This document shows positions 8,353 to 17,302 of a stretch of DNA of 43,173 nt, piece after piece (position 1 is the first letter of the stretch; every line of letters starts with the position of its first letter). The stretch lies in assembly GCA_007376265.1 (NCBI GenBank), contig VMFW01000007.1, forward strand, positions 1 to 43,173. Reading direction: 5' to 3'. This stretch comes from Parcubacteria group bacterium Gr01-1014_20. Its GTDB lineage: Bacteria; Patescibacteriota; Minisyncoccia; UBA6257; 2-01-FULL-56-20. The position numbers and the translations under genes were made by a program. Below the pieces are notes generated by a model. That model was given only the letters and a program-made list of their open reading frames with translations, was not told where the DNA came from and searched no databases.

Positions 8353-9672
8353 TTGATGAATAATTCTTCTGGATTTACTGGATTAGGGATTGCTCCCGGG
8401 ATTTTAGCGGTTTTGGCGCGGCATAAATTTGTTCAACCGACGCCGATTCAGGCCAGATCCATTCCTGTTGCGCTTGAAGGCAAAGATTTGGTGGGGATTG
8501 CTCAAACGGGAACGGGGAAGACTCTGGCTTTTGGCATTCCGATGGTTCAGAGGATTTTACAGAAACAGGGAACGGGGCTAATTGTTTTGCCAACAAGAGA
8601 ATTGGCGATGCAGGTGAGGGATGCTTTGCAGATGGTGGGCGGATCGTTAGGCATTAAGACCGCACTTTTAATTGGGGGCGCGCCGATGGGTCGACAGGTG
8701 GCAGAGATTAGGCGCCGACCAGAAATTGTGATCGGCACGCCAGGAAGGATTAACGATCACCTAGAACAGAAGACACTGACGCTTTCGAGTGTGAAAATCT
8801 TGGTGCTGGATGAGGCGGACAGGATGCTCGATATGGGTTTTGCGCCGCAGTTGAAGCGAATCATGAAGTTTGTTCCGACTGAACGACAGACCGTGCTTTT
8901 TTCGGCGACGATGCCGCCGGAAATTATGAATATGGCACGGATGTTTATGAAGCTCCCTGTGCAGATTGAAATTGCGCCACCCGGAACGGCGGCCGCGAAT
9001 GTCACTCACGAGGTTTTTGTCCTCGGTCGTGATCAGAAACCAGCGCTTCTCAACAAGTTGCTTTCAGACTATAGAGGATCGGTTTTGGTTTTTACTCGCA
9101 CTAAATTCGCTGCTCGGAAGGTGGCGCTCGCCGTACGAAACTTTGGCCACACCGCGAACGAATTGCATTCGAATCGATCGTTAAGCCAGCGGCGAGAGGC
9201 GCTTGAGGGTTTTAAGAACGGTCGGTATCGGGTTTTAGTAGCGACTGATATCGCCGCTCGGGGCATTGATGTGACGGGGATTGAGCTCGTGGTTAATTAT
9301 GATTTGCCAGATCAGGCGGAGGATTATGTCCACCGGATTGGCCGGACGGGCCGGGCCGGAGCTTCTGGCCACGCCATCTCTTTTGCCACGCCCGACCAGA
9401 GGGGCGACTTACATTCAATTGAGAGATTACTTAAAAAATCTTTGCCGCTCGCAAGACTGCCGGATTCTTTGCCGAGGGTAGCTTTCGAGCCGAGGCGACC
9501 CTTCGAAAACAAACCGAGAAGCTTTCAGTCACGATCACAGGGTCCTAGCCGATCATCAAGTCAGTCTAGATCACGTGGTTATCATTCAAGCGGTCGGGGT
9601 GAGGGGAGCAGCTTTTCGAGTCGACCTCCGAGACGGAGTGGTTTTTCTGGGCGGAGATTTGGAGGCAGATAG
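8353..9672 (+). CDS. DEAD-box RNA helicase (RhlE-like)
   Basis: Q motif PTPIQ, AQTGTGKT, PTRELA, DEAD, SAT, HRIGRTGRAG; R/S/G-rich tail. Confidence 0.93.
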   Translation: MMNNSSGFTGLGIAPGILAVLARHKFVQPTPIQARSIPVALEGKDLVGIAQTGTGKTLAFGIPMVQRILQKQGTGLIVLPTRELAMQVRDALQMVGGSLGIKTALLIGGAPMGRQVAEIRRRPEIVIGTPGRINDHLEQKTLTLSSVKILVLDEADRMLDMGFAPQLKRIMKFVPTERQTVLFSATMPPEIMNMARMFMKLPVQIEIAPPGTAAANVTHEVFVLGRDQKPALLNKLLSDYRGSVLVFTRTKFAARKVALAVRNFGHTANELHSNRSLSQRREALEGFKNGRYRVLVATDIAARGIDVTGIELVVNYDLPDQAEDYVHRIGRTGRAGASGHAISFATPDQRGDLHSIERLLKKSLPLARLPDSLPRVAFEPRRPFENKPRSFQSRSQGPSRSSSQSRSRGYHSSGRGEGSSFSSRPPRRSGFSGRRFGGR

Positions 9673-9679
9673 GTTCCTC

Positions 9680-9708
9680 TTGCGATTCAAAGATATTAGT
9701 GGTATTAT
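9680..9708 (+). promoter_or_regulatory. Sigma70 promoter of typA leader
   Basis: TTGCGA-17 nt-TATTAT with extended -10 TG. Confidence 0.6.
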
Positions 9709-9726
9709 ATTTTTGCTTCAATAAGC

Positions 9727-9748
9727 GCCCTTTCGGGCATTTTTATTT
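9727..9748 (+). promoter_or_regulatory. Short hairpin plus T-rich tract in typA leader (possible attenuator)
   Basis: GCCC-TTTC-GGGC followed by ATTTTTATTT, just downstream of the promoter. Confidence 0.35.
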
Positions 9749-9754
9749 ATCTAA

Positions 9755-9907
9755 ATGGAGTTAAGGAACATAGCTATAATTGCGCAAGTAGACGTCGTCC
9801 CGTCGGAACGAGACTCCTTAAAACCCAGCGGTTTTAATATTTCCGCTACGGGAAAACTCCCGTTTTCCCGACCCCTTTCCCGTCAACGTGCGCTAAAATT
9901 TATTTAA
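9755..9907 (+). other. Upstream ORF (50 aa) starting with a recoded copy of the TypA N-terminus
   Basis: MELRNIAIIAQVDVVPSERDSLKPSGFNISATGKLPFSRPLSRQRALKFI*; same frame as typA, joined by TAA-AAA-ATG. Confidence 0.8.
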
Positions 9908-9910
9908 AAA

Positions 9911-11722
9911 ATGGAACTTAGAAATATTGCAATTATTGCTCACGTTGACCACGGCAAGACCACTTTGGTTGATGCGCTCTTGAAGCAGTCGGAAAATTTT
10001 AAGATCAAGTCCGACGGTTTAAAGGAGCTCATTATGGATTCAAACGATCTTGAAAGAGAGCGGGGGATTACGATTTTTTCCAAAAACGCTTCTATTCATT
10101 ATAAGGATGTGAAGATTAATATCGTGGACACTCCCGGTCACGCGGATTTTGGGGGCGAGGTGGAACGAATAATGAGAATGGTGGACGGAGTTTTGATACT
10201 GGTTGACGCGAAAGAAGGGCCGATGCCGCAGACAAAGTTTGTGCTACGAAAAGCAATTCAAGCCGGACACAAGATTATTTTAGTGATTAACAAGATTGAT
10301 AAACCTCACGCGAGGCCGGAGTGGGTACTAAATGCTATGTACGATTTGTTTTTAGAATTGGGCGCGAGTGAAGCCCAGATTGAATTTCCAATTATTTACG
10401 CCTCGGCGATTCAGGGGAAAGCCGGGATGACAGCGAATTTGGCCGAGATGGAAAACGTGGAAACGATTTTTCAGCAAATCGTGAGTTTTTTCTCTCCGCC
10501 AGTGATTGATGAAGCTAAGCCGCTTCAGATGCTCACCGTGAACTTGGCCTACGATAACTATAAGGGCAAGTTGGCGGTGGGCCGACTTTACGCGGGGACT
10601 ATTAAAAAAGGCATGGTGGTCGCGCACATTAATCGAGCGGGAGAAATTAAAAAAGGAGAAATTAGTTCGGTAATGATTTTTGAGGGTTTGAATCGGGTGG
10701 ATGTTTTAGAGGCTAGGCCTGGAGACATTGTGGCGGTGGGAGGAATTTCTGACATTTCCATCGGTGAGACGATTGCGGACATCAAAAATCCGATTGCCTT
10801 GCCAATTATCGAAATTGACGAGCCGACGATCAAGATGACATTTGGGGTGAATACCTCGCCTTTTAAGGGGAGAGAGGGAGAGTTTACGACTTCAAGAAAG
10901 ATCAAGGAACGACTAGATAGGGAACTCGAGACGGATGTGGCCCTTACTATTCTCTCGACCGGTTCGGCGGACCGATGGGTTTTGGCTGGCCGCGGCGAAC
11001 TTCATTTGGCGATTTTGATTGAAAAGATGAGACGAGAGGGGTACGAGATCGAGGTTTCGAAACCCCAGGTGATTTTTAAGGAAGTCGACGGGAAGAAGAT
11101 GGAGCCGATGGAGCTCACCTCAATCGAGGCGCCGGAGAAGTATTCTGGGATAATAATCGAAATGATGGGCAAGCGGGCGGCGACGATGAAAGATATGCAC
11201 GTGGATGGAGGTAACGTGTATATGGATTTTATGGCGCCAATGAGAGCGCTCATCGGTTCGCGCGGTGAATTTTTAACTAACACCAAAGGCACGTGTATTA
11301 TGAACAGTATTTTTTTGGGTTATGAGGAGTACAAGGGAGAGATCGGCGGGGAGGCGCGCGGTTCCCTCGTCTCAACCGAAACCGGAGTTTCCAATAATTA
11401 CGGATTAGTAAACGCGCAAGGCCGGGGCAAGCTTTTTATGGGCGATGGCGTTCAAGTTTATGAAGGTATGGTGGTGGGGCAGAATGCCAAGGCGGGAGAT
11501 ATCGCGGTCAATATTTGTAAAACCAAACAACTCACAAATTTCCGAGGAAAAAACGAGGGGCTTCAAGATCAACTGGAAGTGCCGCTGACGTTAACCTTAG
11601 AAGATGCCTTGTCTTATATCGGTGATGATGAGATGGTGGAAGTGACGCCGAAGAGTGTTAGGATTCGGAAAATTTTTCTCACTGAAAACGAAAGGAAGAA
11701 TTCTAAGAGACAGAGTCAATGA
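9911..11722 (+). CDS. typA: Translational GTPase TypA/BipA
   Basis: RNIAIIAHVDHGKTT, DTPGHADFGGEVER, GRGELHL, YEGMVVG, EVTPKSVRIRK. Confidence 0.97.
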   Translation: MELRNIAIIAHVDHGKTTLVDALLKQSENFKIKSDGLKELIMDSNDLERERGITIFSKNASIHYKDVKINIVDTPGHADFGGEVERIMRMVDGVLILVDAKEGPMPQTKFVLRKAIQAGHKIILVINKIDKPHARPEWVLNAMYDLFLELGASEAQIEFPIIYASAIQGKAGMTANLAEMENVETIFQQIVSFFSPPVIDEAKPLQMLTVNLAYDNYKGKLAVGRLYAGTIKKGMVVAHINRAGEIKKGEISSVMIFEGLNRVDVLEARPGDIVAVGGISDISIGETIADIKNPIALPIIEIDEPTIKMTFGVNTSPFKGREGEFTTSRKIKERLDRELETDVALTILSTGSADRWVLAGRGELHLAILIEKMRREGYEIEVSKPQVIFKEVDGKKMEPMELTSIEAPEKYSGIIIEMMGKRAATMKDMHVDGGNVYMDFMAPMRALIGSRGEFLTNTKGTCIMNSIFLGYEEYKGEIGGEARGSLVSTETGVSNNYGLVNAQGRGKLFMGDGVQVYEGMVVGQNAKAGDIAVNICKTKQLTNFRGKNEGLQDQLEVPLTLTLEDALSYIGDDEMVEVTPKSVRIRKIFLTENERKNSKRQSQ

Positions 11723-11727
11723 TTTCT

Positions 11728-11754
11728 GTCCGTAGAGTCTAGCGAGTAAGGGAC
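11728..11754. repeat. Degenerate small palindromic element
   Basis: GTCC-GTAGAGTCTAGCGAGTAAG-GGAC; shares GTCCGTAG..TAGCGA with the element at 28074. Confidence 0.4.
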
Positions 11755-11797
11755 CAAATGGAGCGGTTTTTTTGCGCTAATTTGGAATGTTTTTGTT

Positions 11798-11826
11798 TTG
11801 ACACAATCCATTTGTTTCTGTAATAT
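11798..11826 (+). promoter_or_regulatory. Sigma70 promoter of pilus cluster 1
   Basis: TTGACA-17 nt-TAATAT. Confidence 0.7.
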
Positions 11827-11862
11827 TCCAAACATATTACGCGGGTCTTTTGCCCCCACAAC

Positions 11863-13083
11863 ATGATTGCCTCCCACACTCAAAAAGAGCTTGAACAGGG
11901 CCCACAGCTATCAATAATTAAGTTTGTTGGTTGCTTGCTTGAGGATGCCTATCATTTGCGGGCATCGGACATCCACCTCGATCCCGAAGACGAGGAGGTT
12001 AAGGTGCGTTTTCGCATTGACGGAGTCCTCTACGATACCAACTCTTTTAACCGAACGATGTATTCCGAGGTTCTTTCACGCATTAAAATTATCGCTCACT
12101 TGCGTACTGATGAGCATCAGGCCCCACAGGATGGCCGGTTTCGTTACTTTTTACAAAAGGACGGCCGGCCAATCGATGTGCGGGTTTCTATCGTCCCCAC
12201 TTTTTATGAAGAAAACGCGGTCATGCGCTTGCTCGTGGATCAAGCCGAAGAATTTTCTTTGAAAAGCCTTGGTTTTAGCGAAGACAATCAGAAAAAAATT
12301 CTTCGCGCGATTCAGAAACCTCACGGCATGATTCTTGCGACTGGCCCAACTGGTTCCGGAAAAACCACCACTCTCTACACGCTCATCAAGATTTTAAACA
12401 CCCGAAGGGCTTCGATCATCACGATCGAGGACCCGGTAGAGTACTCAATTCGGGGTATCAATCAAATTCAGGCTAATCCGAAAGCCGGACTCACTTTTGC
12501 GAACGGCCTGCGTTCGATTCTTCGACAGGACCCTAATATCATTATGGTAGGTGAAATTCGAGATTCGGAAACAGCGGGGATCGCTGTAAATACGGCTTTA
12601 ACCGGGCATTTACTACTTTCAACCCTGCACACCAACGACGCGATTACGACCCTCCCGCGTCTCATCGATATGAAAATTGAGCCTTACCTCATCGTTTCAA
12701 CGGTGAACGTTGCGATTGGTCAGCGGTTAGTAAGAAAGATATGCCCCGATTGTAAAGAGGAGAGGAAGATTACGCCGGCGGAAGCCAAAAGCTTAGCCGA
12801 AGTTTTTCCAACCGGTATTAACCCCACGCAAAGCCAAATATTTTACGCTGGAAAGGGGTGCGAAAATTGCGTGGAGAGCGGCTATCGGGGCCGGATCGGA
12901 GTTCACGAAGTTTTACAGGTGGACGCAAATATTCGCGAGGCGGTGCTTCGAAAAGCCAATGCGGATGAAATTCGTAAGATCGCGGTAAAACAGGGAATGA
13001 CCACAATGTTTGAGGATGGTTTACAAAAAGCTAAGGCGGGCGTTACTACCATAGAGGAGGTGTTACGGTTACTGCATGAATAA
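11863..13083 (+). CDS. pilB: Type IV pilus/T2SS assembly ATPase (PilB/GspE family, lacks long N-domain)
   Basis: ASDIH, PQDGRF, GPTGSGKTT, TIEDPVEY, LRQDPNIIMVGEIRD, tetra-Cys motif. Confidence 0.9.
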   Translation: MIASHTQKELEQGPQLSIIKFVGCLLEDAYHLRASDIHLDPEDEEVKVRFRIDGVLYDTNSFNRTMYSEVLSRIKIIAHLRTDEHQAPQDGRFRYFLQKDGRPIDVRVSIVPTFYEENAVMRLLVDQAEEFSLKSLGFSEDNQKKILRAIQKPHGMILATGPTGSGKTTTLYTLIKILNTRRASIITIEDPVEYSIRGINQIQANPKAGLTFANGLRSILRQDPNIIMVGEIRDSETAGIAVNTALTGHLLLSTLHTNDAITTLPRLIDMKIEPYLIVSTVNVAIGQRLVRKICPDCKEERKITPAEAKSLAEVFPTGINPTQSQIFYAGKGCENCVESGYRGRIGVHEVLQVDANIREAVLRKANADEIRKIAVKQGMTTMFEDGLQKAKAGVTTIEEVLRLLHE

Positions 13084-14133
13084 ACTTTTCCAGCGACTTT
13101 CAACCCAGGAAAGGGTGATGTTCGCGAAGCGACTTTCGATTCTAGTTAAAGCCGGCATCCCCTTGCTCGAAGGCGTGAAGATGTTGAAGAATTCGGCAAC
13201 TTCTCGGGCGGCGATTGCAATTTACTCCCAGATCGTTTCGGATGTAGAGCGCGGGAAATTTTTAGCCTCGAGCTTAGAGTCCCTTAAGCATGTTTTTGGT
13301 GACTTTGCCGTGAATGTGATTCGGGTGGGAGAGATGAGTGGCACCCTGGAGGGGAATTTGAATTATCTGGCCGAGGAGTTAAAAAAGAAGCAAGAGTTGA
13401 AACGGAAGGTGGTGGGGGCGCTCATCTATCCGGCCATTGTGGTTACGGCTACGATTGCTTTAAGCATACTTCTAACGGCTTTTATTTTTCCCAAAATTAT
13501 GCCGATTTTTGATAGTTTCAAATTCGAATTGCCGTTTACTACGAGAGCGCTTATTTTTGTGAGCGGCGTTTTTTTGAAGTACGGAATTTATATCCTTTTG
13601 GGTTTTGTCGCGCTGGTTGTCCTCTTTATTTTCCTGCATCGGTTGCCCAAGTTTAGAATGGCGATTGATGGATTCATTTTAAAAATTCCAATTTTTGGTC
13701 GGCTGGCGCAAAGTATCATATGGCCAATTTTTGCCGCACGTTGGGACTCCTTCTCAAAAGCCAAATCTTGGTGGTTGAGGCGGCGAGGATTACCGGTAAT
13801 ACTATCAGCAACCGCGTTTACAGGCGAGAGGTTCATGCGCTCTCGAAAAGCCTTCTAAGGGGTGAAAAGATCTCTACTCACCTGGAACGCCATAAAAAGA
13901 TTTTCCCGCCCATTTTGATTCAAATGGTGGCCGTGGGGGAGAAGACCGGGAACTTAAGCGAGACCCTGCTTTTTGTGTCGGAACTGTATGAAAATGACGT
14001 GGATATGCTTACCAAGAATTTATCGACTAGCCTGGAGCCAATTCTTATGATTATCATGGGGGCAGTGGTGGGTTTTATCGCCGTTTCAATTATCACCCCA
14101 ATTTATGAAGTCACCCAACATATTAACCCTTAG
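13076..14133 (+). pseudogene. pilC: PilC/GspF platform protein, frameshifted near 13714
   Basis: ORFs 13076..13858 and 13720..14133 are consecutive parts of a PilC. Adding one T at CAA AGT [T]AT CAT ATG GCC AAT restores QSYHMANF, colinear with the paralog at 38089 (DINMANF). Confidence 0.85.
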
Positions 14134-14136
14134 GTT

Positions 14137-14228
14137 GGAATAAGGAATCATGAATTAGGAATAGTGAATAAAAACGGTATGAAGCTCAATTTGAAAACTA
14201 TAATTCATAATTCGAAATTCAGTATTCA
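14137..14228. repeat. Inverted pair of degenerate 7-mer arrays around a pilin start
   Basis: GGAATAA GGAATCA TGAATTA GGAATAG TGAATAA (14137-14171) and TAATTCA TAATTCG AAATTCA GTATTCA (14201-14228). Confidence 0.85.
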
Positions 14229-14667
14229 GGGTCGGGGAGGTTTTACCCTGATTGAGATAATCGTTGTGATCACGATTGTGGTAATTCTCGCCGGTTTGGG
14301 TCTTTGGGTTGGCATGGATGCTTATCGGGGCTATTCCTACCGCTCCGAACGTGATGTTTTAGTGAGTGTTTTGCAAAAAGCGCGGTTGGCTTCTATGGTA
14401 AACATTAACGAGGCCAAGCACGGTGTGCACGTAGAATCAAACCGATACACCGTTTTTCAGGGAGAAACCTATCTTACCCGCGACGCTAATTTTGACCAGA
14501 TTATAACCCCGGGTGGCGCTGTATGGTTAGACAGCCCATTTCCCCTACCACAAGACGTAATTTTTGATCAGTTGAGCGGTGTTTCTTCACCTATTACATT
14601 AACAATCACAGACAGTATAAAGAGTAGCGATATACAAATAAACAATGAAGGTCAAATTAGCTGGTAA
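14179..14667 (+). CDS. Minor pilin (FimT/GspH-like)
   Basis: Prepilin motif GG|FTLIE plus hydrophobic helix; start may be GTG 14164 or ATG 14179. Confidence 0.85.
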   Translation: MKLNLKTIIHNSKFSIQGRGGFTLIEIIVVITIVVILAGLGLWVGMDAYRGYSYRSERDVLVSVLQKARLASMVNINEAKHGVHVESNRYTVFQGETYLTRDANFDQIITPGGAVWLDSPFPLPQDVIFDQLSGVSSPITLTITDSIKSSDIQINNEGQISW

Positions 14668-16258
14668 AAATAGAGGGGGGCAGGCCCTCCTTCGTCACAG
14701 GGCTACGGACGGGCAGGCGGCGCTCGAAATGTTAATCGCGCTCGGGGTTTTAGTTTTCGTCACTTCGGCTGCGATTACAGTGACTTTCGGGAGTCAGTCA
14801 ACATCGGTTGATACAGAGACAAATAGCGAAGGGCTTCTCATTGCTCAGAAAACGCTCGAGGATGTCCGCGCTGTTTCTAAACAAGATTTTAACTTAGTGA
14901 ACCCGACGTTGTCGTCGCAAGTCAATGGTCCCTTAACGTACACGATTTCATTGGGTGTGGAACAAATAGACCCTTTTACAAAAGTGGTCACGAGTACGGT
15001 TACCTGGCCTGTGGGAGGGCGGACGCAAAATGTGCAACTAACCACTTTATTTACTAACCCGAGCGCGTTGGGAGGAGGTGATACCTGCGGCTCTGTTTTA
15101 TCAGGAGACTGGACACATCCTCAAAAAATAGAATACGAATTTGGAGCTCAAATTTTAAATGATACGTCAAGCGGTTTTCCTGTTACTTCAATACAGACAT
15201 TCAATAAAAAAATGTACGTAACGGTTAATAATGATAATGGAAATAATGATGACACCTTTTTCATATTAGATATCCAAGATCCAACAATAATGCCGCCGGT
15301 CTTAGGTCAGCTGGACAATAGTCCTGCCCCAAACGATATAAGTGAAGGTTTAAACGCAGTTGCGGTTGATGGCGGAGATTATGCGTATGTTGCAAATGCC
15401 TACGATAGTTCGCCCGAAAGTTGTTTAGAAGATGATAATTGCGCTCAACTACAAGTAATCGATATCAATGACTCCGCGAACCCATTTATCGCTAAAAATT
15501 TTAAAATTCAAAGCGTCACAACGGGTAATAAACTAGCATCGGGCCAAAGTATTTTTTACAAAGACGGTATTGTGTATTTGGGATTAGCGAAAGCGGGTAA
15601 TGGAAATGACGAATTTTTTGTCATAGACGTCGGTGGGGGACCAGGTGGCGGGAGTCCCACGAATCCAGTTATTTTAGATAGTGAAAAAATAGACAACGGA
15701 GTTAATTCAGTTTTTGTAAGGGGAAATTATGCCTATGTTGCATCTCCAAATGACGAAGAGCTAAAAATTTTTAAAATTAGTGGGTCTGGCTCAATAACAC
15801 AAGTTGGCGGTTTTGACGCGCCAGGAGGCGGAGGTAATAACGGAAACGGCAAGAGTCTATATTTAGTTGGCACTAAATTGTATTTCGGAAGAACTTTATT
15901 AAATGGTGATGAGTTGTACGTTTTAAATAATACTGATCCAGAAACGGCAGATTTGCCAATTTTCGGTTCCAAAAACATTCAGGACGGAGATGATGGTCAG
16001 CCACCCGCTCCCGACAACACTACTGTAAATGGTGTAATTGTCAGAGATTATCTGGGATTTTTAATAACCAACGGGGAGTTCCAAATTTGGAAAGTTGACG
16101 ATCCCGTAAATATTGCAAGATACGCAACCCCGCTTATTTTGCCACCCGGATCTGGAAATCTACAAGGTACGGCTACAGACTGCGAGGGAAATTATATTTA
16201 TGTAGGATCAATGGGTTCAAATGATAAAGGATATATTTCTGTGATTACGGGACAATGA
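14645..16258 (+). CDS. Large minor pilin/adhesin with LVIVD-like beta-propeller repeats
   Basis: GQ|AALEMLIAL prepilin-like motif; repeats such as VNSVFVRGNYAYVA and LNAVAVDGGDYAYVA. Confidence 0.75.
   Translation: MKVKLAGKNRGGQALLRHRATDGQAALEMLIALGVLVFVTSAAITVTFGSQSTSVDTETNSEGLLIAQKTLEDVRAVSKQDFNLVNPTLSSQVNGPLTYTISLGVEQIDPFTKVVTSTVTWPVGGRTQNVQLTTLFTNPSALGGGDTCGSVLSGDWTHPQKIEYEFGAQILNDTSSGFPVTSIQTFNKKMYVTVNNDNGNNDDTFFILDIQDPTIMPPVLGQLDNSPAPNDISEGLNAVAVDGGDYAYVANAYDSSPESCLEDDNCAQLQVIDINDSANPFIAKNFKIQSVTTGNKLASGQSIFYKDGIVYLGLAKAGNGNDEFFVIDVGGGPGGGSPTNPVILDSEKIDNGVNSVFVRGNYAYVASPNDEELKIFKISGSGSITQVGGFDAPGGGGNNGNGKSLYLVGTKLYFGRTLLNGDELYVLNNTDPETADLPIFGSKNIQDGDDGQPPAPDNTTVNGVIVRDYLGFLITNGEFQIWKVDDPVNIARYATPLILPPGSGNLQGTATDCEGNYIYVGSMGSNDKGYISVITGQ
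14678..14718. repeat. 33-nt in-frame palindromic insertion with 8-nt direct repeats
   Basis: GGGCAGGC-CCTCCTTCGTCACAGGGCTACGGAC-GGGCAGGC; stem GCCCTCC...GGACGGGC. Confidence 0.75.
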
Positions 16259-16731
16259 TAAATCGACAAGGTTACACCCTAATTGAAATAATTATATACA
16301 TGGCGCTCTTCTCTTTCGTGATCGGTGGGTTTCTTTTGACTACTTATTCCATCATTGAGAGCAGTGGCCATCTCCAGAGCAGGGCAATAATTGATGAGGA
16401 GGGGACTTTCCTATTGAGGAAAATTGACTGGGCCCTGAATGGCGCCACTCAAGTTGTGATACCTTGCACGAACACTCTAACCATCACTAACCCCACTTTA
16501 CCCCCATTAGAGAACCCGCTTCTTTTTACGTTTAGTTCTCCGAATATAACCCTGGCTCGGGGTGGTGGAAGCCCGGTAAGGGTTAATAGCGATAGCATAG
16601 CTGTTACCAACCTCCTTTTTACCTGCACTGCTCCTTCGGCTGGTAAACCCGCTAAGGTGCAGGCGCTCTTCACCCTTTCAAGTTTGGGGAGAAGTCTAGA
16701 ATTTGATAGCACCAAGTACTTGAGGCAATGA
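16255..16731 (+). CDS. Minor pilin (PilW/GspJ-like)
   Basis: QG|YTLIEIIIY prepilin motif; ATGA overlaps with both neighbours. Confidence 0.85.
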   Translation: MINRQGYTLIEIIIYMALFSFVIGGFLLTTYSIIESSGHLQSRAIIDEEGTFLLRKIDWALNGATQVVIPCTNTLTITNPTLPPLENPLLFTFSSPNITLARGGGSPVRVNSDSIAVTNLLFTCTAPSAGKPAKVQALFTLSSLGRSLEFDSTKYLRQ

Positions 16732-17135
16732 GCATAACTTCCAAAGATGGCTTTATCGCCCTAACTTCGGCCGTGGTCATCGCGGTTCTCTTGCTTGCCA
16801 TCACTCTTTCCTTAGGCCTCACGGGTTTTTTTGCTCGTTTCAACATCCTTGCAGCAGAATACAAAGAACGAAGTTTGTCGCTGGCTGAAGGCTGTGCGGC
16901 GAGCGCTCTTTTAAAACTTGAGGTTGATTCAACTTACACTGGAAACGAAACTATTACGGTAGCAAATTCAACCTGCGATATCCTTACTATCATTCCAACT
17001 GCTAATCCAATCGTAGTTAGAGCCAGAGCCACGTTTCCCCAAAATACTGTCGAAAAGACGTTTACCAACCTGGTGGTCACGGTTAGCAATCCTGACTTGG
17101 ATATTATTTCTTGGAAGGAAGTACCAAATCATTAG
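16728..17135 (+). CDS. PilX/GspK-like minor pilin
   Basis: DG|FIALTSA (no E5), LAEGC..ALL.L motif, C-terminal ISWKE. Confidence 0.7.
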   Translation: MSITSKDGFIALTSAVVIAVLLLAITLSLGLTGFFARFNILAAEYKERSLSLAEGCAASALLKLEVDSTYTGNETITVANSTCDILTIIPTANPIVVRARATFPQNTVEKTFTNLVVTVSNPDLDIISWKEVPNH

Positions 17136-17232
17136 CTCTTGCAACAAATATGATAAAATGCTAAAAAAGCACTTATTGCTGAAAGGTCGAGAGGATGAAT
17201 AGAAAATGATAATAAGGACGGAGTTTAGGTAA

Positions 17233-17258
17233 TCCCTCGTCGCCGAGGCTTCTTGGGA
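17233..17258. repeat. Small palindromic element upstream of the major pilin gene
   Basis: TCCC-TCGTCGCCGAGGCTTCTT-GGGA; core resembles CTTCGCTAAGGCTAC of the 28074 element. Confidence 0.55.
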
Positions 17259-17302
17259 CGATAGATTTTCTAAATTTATCCTTCATAATAAAATCTAATC
17301 GA

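Noticed and set aside
2359-11722. Alternative genetic code (TGA read as Gly)
   Set aside because: ftsE and typA end at TGA at their expected lengths, and RF2 is present.
14137-14228. CRISPR array interpretation of the short repeats
   Set aside because: Units are 7 nt with no spacers, and there are no cas genes.
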